In this document: positions 60,812 to 64,000 of the stretch, piece after piece | Layout: each line of letters starts with the position of its first letter | Numbering within the stretch: position 1 is the stretch's first letter | Assembly: GCA_002269645.1 (NCBI GenBank) | Contig: NIVC01004009.1 | Location: 1 to 64,000 of the forward strand | Length of the DNA: 64,000 nt | Reading direction: 5' to 3' | From: Macrostomum lignano | Taxonomy: Eukaryota | The notes under the pieces: model-generated | Databases searched by the model: none | Told to the model about the DNA's origin: nothing | The model's input: the letters and a program-made list of their open reading frames with translations, nothing else | Position numbers and translations under genes: made by a program

Positions 60812-63800
60812 TTAATCATCAAGACGCCAGTGACCAAAAGGTAGTGAGACCAAATCACTGGTCCAGGCTCGCTTTGTGTCGAAGTAGCCTAGTGCCTGCT
60901 TGTACTGACTCATCGAAAACACAAGCTGCTTGCGCGACGTAATTGTTTGCATGGTTACGTAGTGCAAACGCCGCTCGATTAGTACATGCAAAAAAACATT
61001 ATGCTTCAGACTACGACCAACACTTCTGCACACTCCCTTAGATCGAGACAGCTGCCGAACTGCTCCCTCGTCATTGCAATGCAAAAAAGAGTAGTTCTTT
61101 GGACGGAGAAAAACAAATTCTAACGCCAGTCGACCACCGAACTCGTCTTTCCAGGCCAGCAATCTTCCCTTGTGAGCAAGAGAATAGAGCTCGTGGGTTG
61201 GTGGGTAGTTACTAGTATCCAAGAGCCCCTGTGCGGCCAAGTCCTTGAATAGCGTCTCGTATGGCGTCTCAAAAGCGTTTCGCATTACCAACGCCATCAT
61301 TAGAGAGTCTGTATCACCTCCGAGTACGCGAGCACGTGCAAGCGATCGATGCACCTGGAATATAGATTCAACGAGAAAACGGTGAATATTTAAGGTCATC
61401 ATTTGCTCTCCAACACGAACAGCTGCGGTTTACTCAACTGCACGTGTTGATAATAAAATTCGTACACAATCGTTTTAGCAATATCCAAAATCGTTGCACC
61501 AATAATGATTGCTTTGTTAAGCACTACTCGTTGAGGAGACAGGCTGACACCAGCCAAACTCTCGGTGTATATTGTCACGCCCAAAAATTCTTCTCGGCCT
61601 ATGTAGGCCTCCAACTTTTCCGCTGAAGAACACATTCGATACGACACCCGATCTCGAACGCGTTAAAGGAACTTTCCAAAAAGTGCATTGTTTAAAAGTT
61701 TGAAAAAGTCTTTTTCAAACTCTGTCTTCGCAGCCACCCGGCGCGCAATATTGTGATTAATGTATTGACGCAGAATGGGTTTCTCATCGAAAGCAATGAC
61801 TCGATGTACGCGGGTGACTCGCAACCCCAACTCTAAGTAGAGACGCAAAGCACGATGATGAACCACGTAGTTGCGCTTGTGGTCCACCGAACCGACAAGC
61901 TTTTTTGTCGAGCTCTTGAAAGGTTTAACATCTTCGTAGCTTGTAGCATTGGCATAGCGTTCCGGATTCAGTTGGCGTTGCAGGTAAACCCAATCGTCTT
62001 TCATCTGTTGGGTAAGCTGAGAGCCCGTTAACGTCTCGTGCCCGACAGCTAGTGGAAGATCGGCGGTCGAGTCATGCAAAAATCGTGGATAGTAAAGGTC
62101 TACATTGAACAGAGCTCCACGCTCATTGCAGCAAAAACTAGTCAGCCAGTCAAGCATGCAACTTTTAACATGCAGAGTCTCAAGAAGATCGCTGTCACAT
62201 GGGATTTGAGCAATCTCTTGCCTAGTAAGCCAGCGAAAGTCGCTACACGGCATCGGTTCAATCATGCAAGAAGCATACAGAGAATTAGCGTCCAAATAAA
62301 CCAAATAAGTTTCATCGGGTGCATTGTCCCGCAGCGTGGAATATTGAGGCTCCTCCTGATTCAACTGGTTGCGATACTTTCTTACAAGTTTATTGTTGGC
62401 GGTCGTAATATGTAGGGTTCCAAAACTAAATCCTCCACGAATTGAGGATTCTACTTCTGAATACATTTTAGAATCTGTAAACAAATGAATCGGTGACTCC
62501 AAACGAAGCAAGCAAGCCGCCATACTGTACATGGGCGAGCCAAGAAAATTCGCCGGGTCAATTCCATACTCTTGCATTGCTGTCTTTCGAAAGGTCTCAA
62601 ACACATCACACAAAAGCAACACATCCAACAGCAAATAGGCGGTGGTGTAGTCGCGCAAACTCTTGCAACTGAATTCTAACCAGGCTCGTTGAGCTCGAGC
62701 GTAGTTTTCATCGGAACAGTGCTGCATAGTGACGCTATCGTAGAAAGCCTCTTTTGGTGGGAGCTGCTTAAAAGAATCGAGTAACTCTTCATCGGATAAG
62801 AATTGATATGGATAGACGGCTTTTTGTTGGAGCGTAGCCGGCTGCAGTTGTGGATACACCTCGAGCAACTCGCGCGTGTGAACCAGCTGCTCTGGCAAGA
62901 GACGTTGAGCCAATACCGCCAGACTGGTAGACAGATAGGCAAAAGTGTCCTTGAAGCATACTTCAAACCATACATAATCTCGCTTCTGCTGGCGCCAAGA
63001 AGCACGCAGTGGTATCTTAAACTTTACTGAAAAAGTTTTAAATTTCTCTCTGGTTTCGGGAAGCACGTGAAGCTGTACATCGTTTCCAGAAAAATATTCG
63101 TACAATTCTATAACGAAAAATTTGCCGTCATAGTTGCTCAGGCAGTGCGTATAGACAAGAAGCCGGTATCGTTTCAGAGAAAGTTTCCGATTACACGAAA
63201 AAAATACAATACCTCTAGGTATCCCACTTAAATGGCAATGATCCAAAACCTGGCGCTCATCAGGAGCAAATGCCCGATGACACAACTGACAATATTCTAA
63301 TCTCGTTCGGTTATTTGGTGGTAGAGGTGAGTACTTGCGCAACAAAGGAGTAAACGTGGCTCCAGAAGTTTCGGTCTCGCAACAAATATCCGTAGCCAAC
63401 TGGCGAAGAGCCAACAAAAACTGGCGGATGCAATTAGGACCGCCGTCTGGATTATTGTAGAACACATTGCATGGTCGCTGTTGACCAACTTTGGCTTGCA
63501 ATCGCGCAGCCGAAATTTTGTCAAGTTCTGGGCAAACTACCAATCGATAGGCTACACATAAAGGAACGTGAATATCTCGAATCCGCATATTCGAACTTGC
63601 AACTCGCGGCTTGTTGACTTCAGCAACGGTCTCGGGCGGCGCCAGAACGCTCTCGATATCAGCATAAATGATATACAACGGAGGCAATCGAGCCTCGTGT
63701 GCAGTAAACTCAAGAATTGCATCAGAGGGTTTTGGTAGCGATTCTACTGGCGCGCATCGGCTCACACGAAATTGTTTTTGGTCTGACGAGGCCCACTGGA

Positions 63801-64000
63801 CTGTCGGTTGGTCCATAGTTCCTCCCTGACAATTGTGCTGCTTCAAAATGTAGTCCCACGGAACGGTGTGGGAAAACCCGACCAAGCAGTCGGGGCAGTA
63901 GCGCCTCCGTTTATTTCTCGTGCTCAGCAGCGAATTCACATTTCGGACGGGTATGTAGTGCCCCAAATTGTGCTCACCGTACGGAGGAATGAACAAACAA
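60812..64000 (-). CDS. Protein-primed family B DNA polymerase (Polinton/adintovirus pPolB); 5' end outside window; one in-frame TAA; probable 62-nt intron
   Basis: YADIES (ExoI), DHCHLSG, SNYD (ExoII), KAVYPY, DVLLLCDVFE, IRGG, YLDANSLY (A), KLLNNALFGK (B), DTDSL (C), KDE, RPKNY, KGV. Confidence 0.95.

Overview
Eukaryotic (metazoan invertebrate) genomic DNA with short GT-AG introns. PAN/apple+lectin and PAN+fibrinogen genes suggest a free-living flatworm such as Macrostomum, but the taxon is an inference. Left half (1-33 kb): two small secreted lectin-like genes and a convergent pair of paralogs encoding RRM(s) + an IFIT/TTC22-like TPR solenoid + a C-terminal domain with an RNKAEH (HEPN-like Rx4H) motif. 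The paralogs are separated by minisatellites and a 5'-truncated BEL/Pao element. Penelope, Harbinger, CORE-SINE and MITE-like remnants and two minimal hammerhead ribozymes are also present. Right half (33-64 kb): stacked endogenous viral elements. A Ty3/Gypsy-type element reads gag, then a herpes-gB/chuvirus-like glycoprotein, then RT-RNase H-integrase, followed by a cassette of double-RING genes and a PPT/LTR. Further copies of the RING cassette follow (one gene split by a mariner, one spacer carrying a solo LTR), then orphan virus-like ORFs, a second Gypsy integrase remnant, and a Polinton/adintovirus-like block (pPolB, dUTPase, parvovirus-type PLA2, packaging ATPase, putative SSB) running off the right edge. 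All assignments come from motif recognition by eye; no searches were run. Some 1-bp frameshifts may be long-read consensus errors. No CRISPR, rRNA or bona fide tRNA gene was found.
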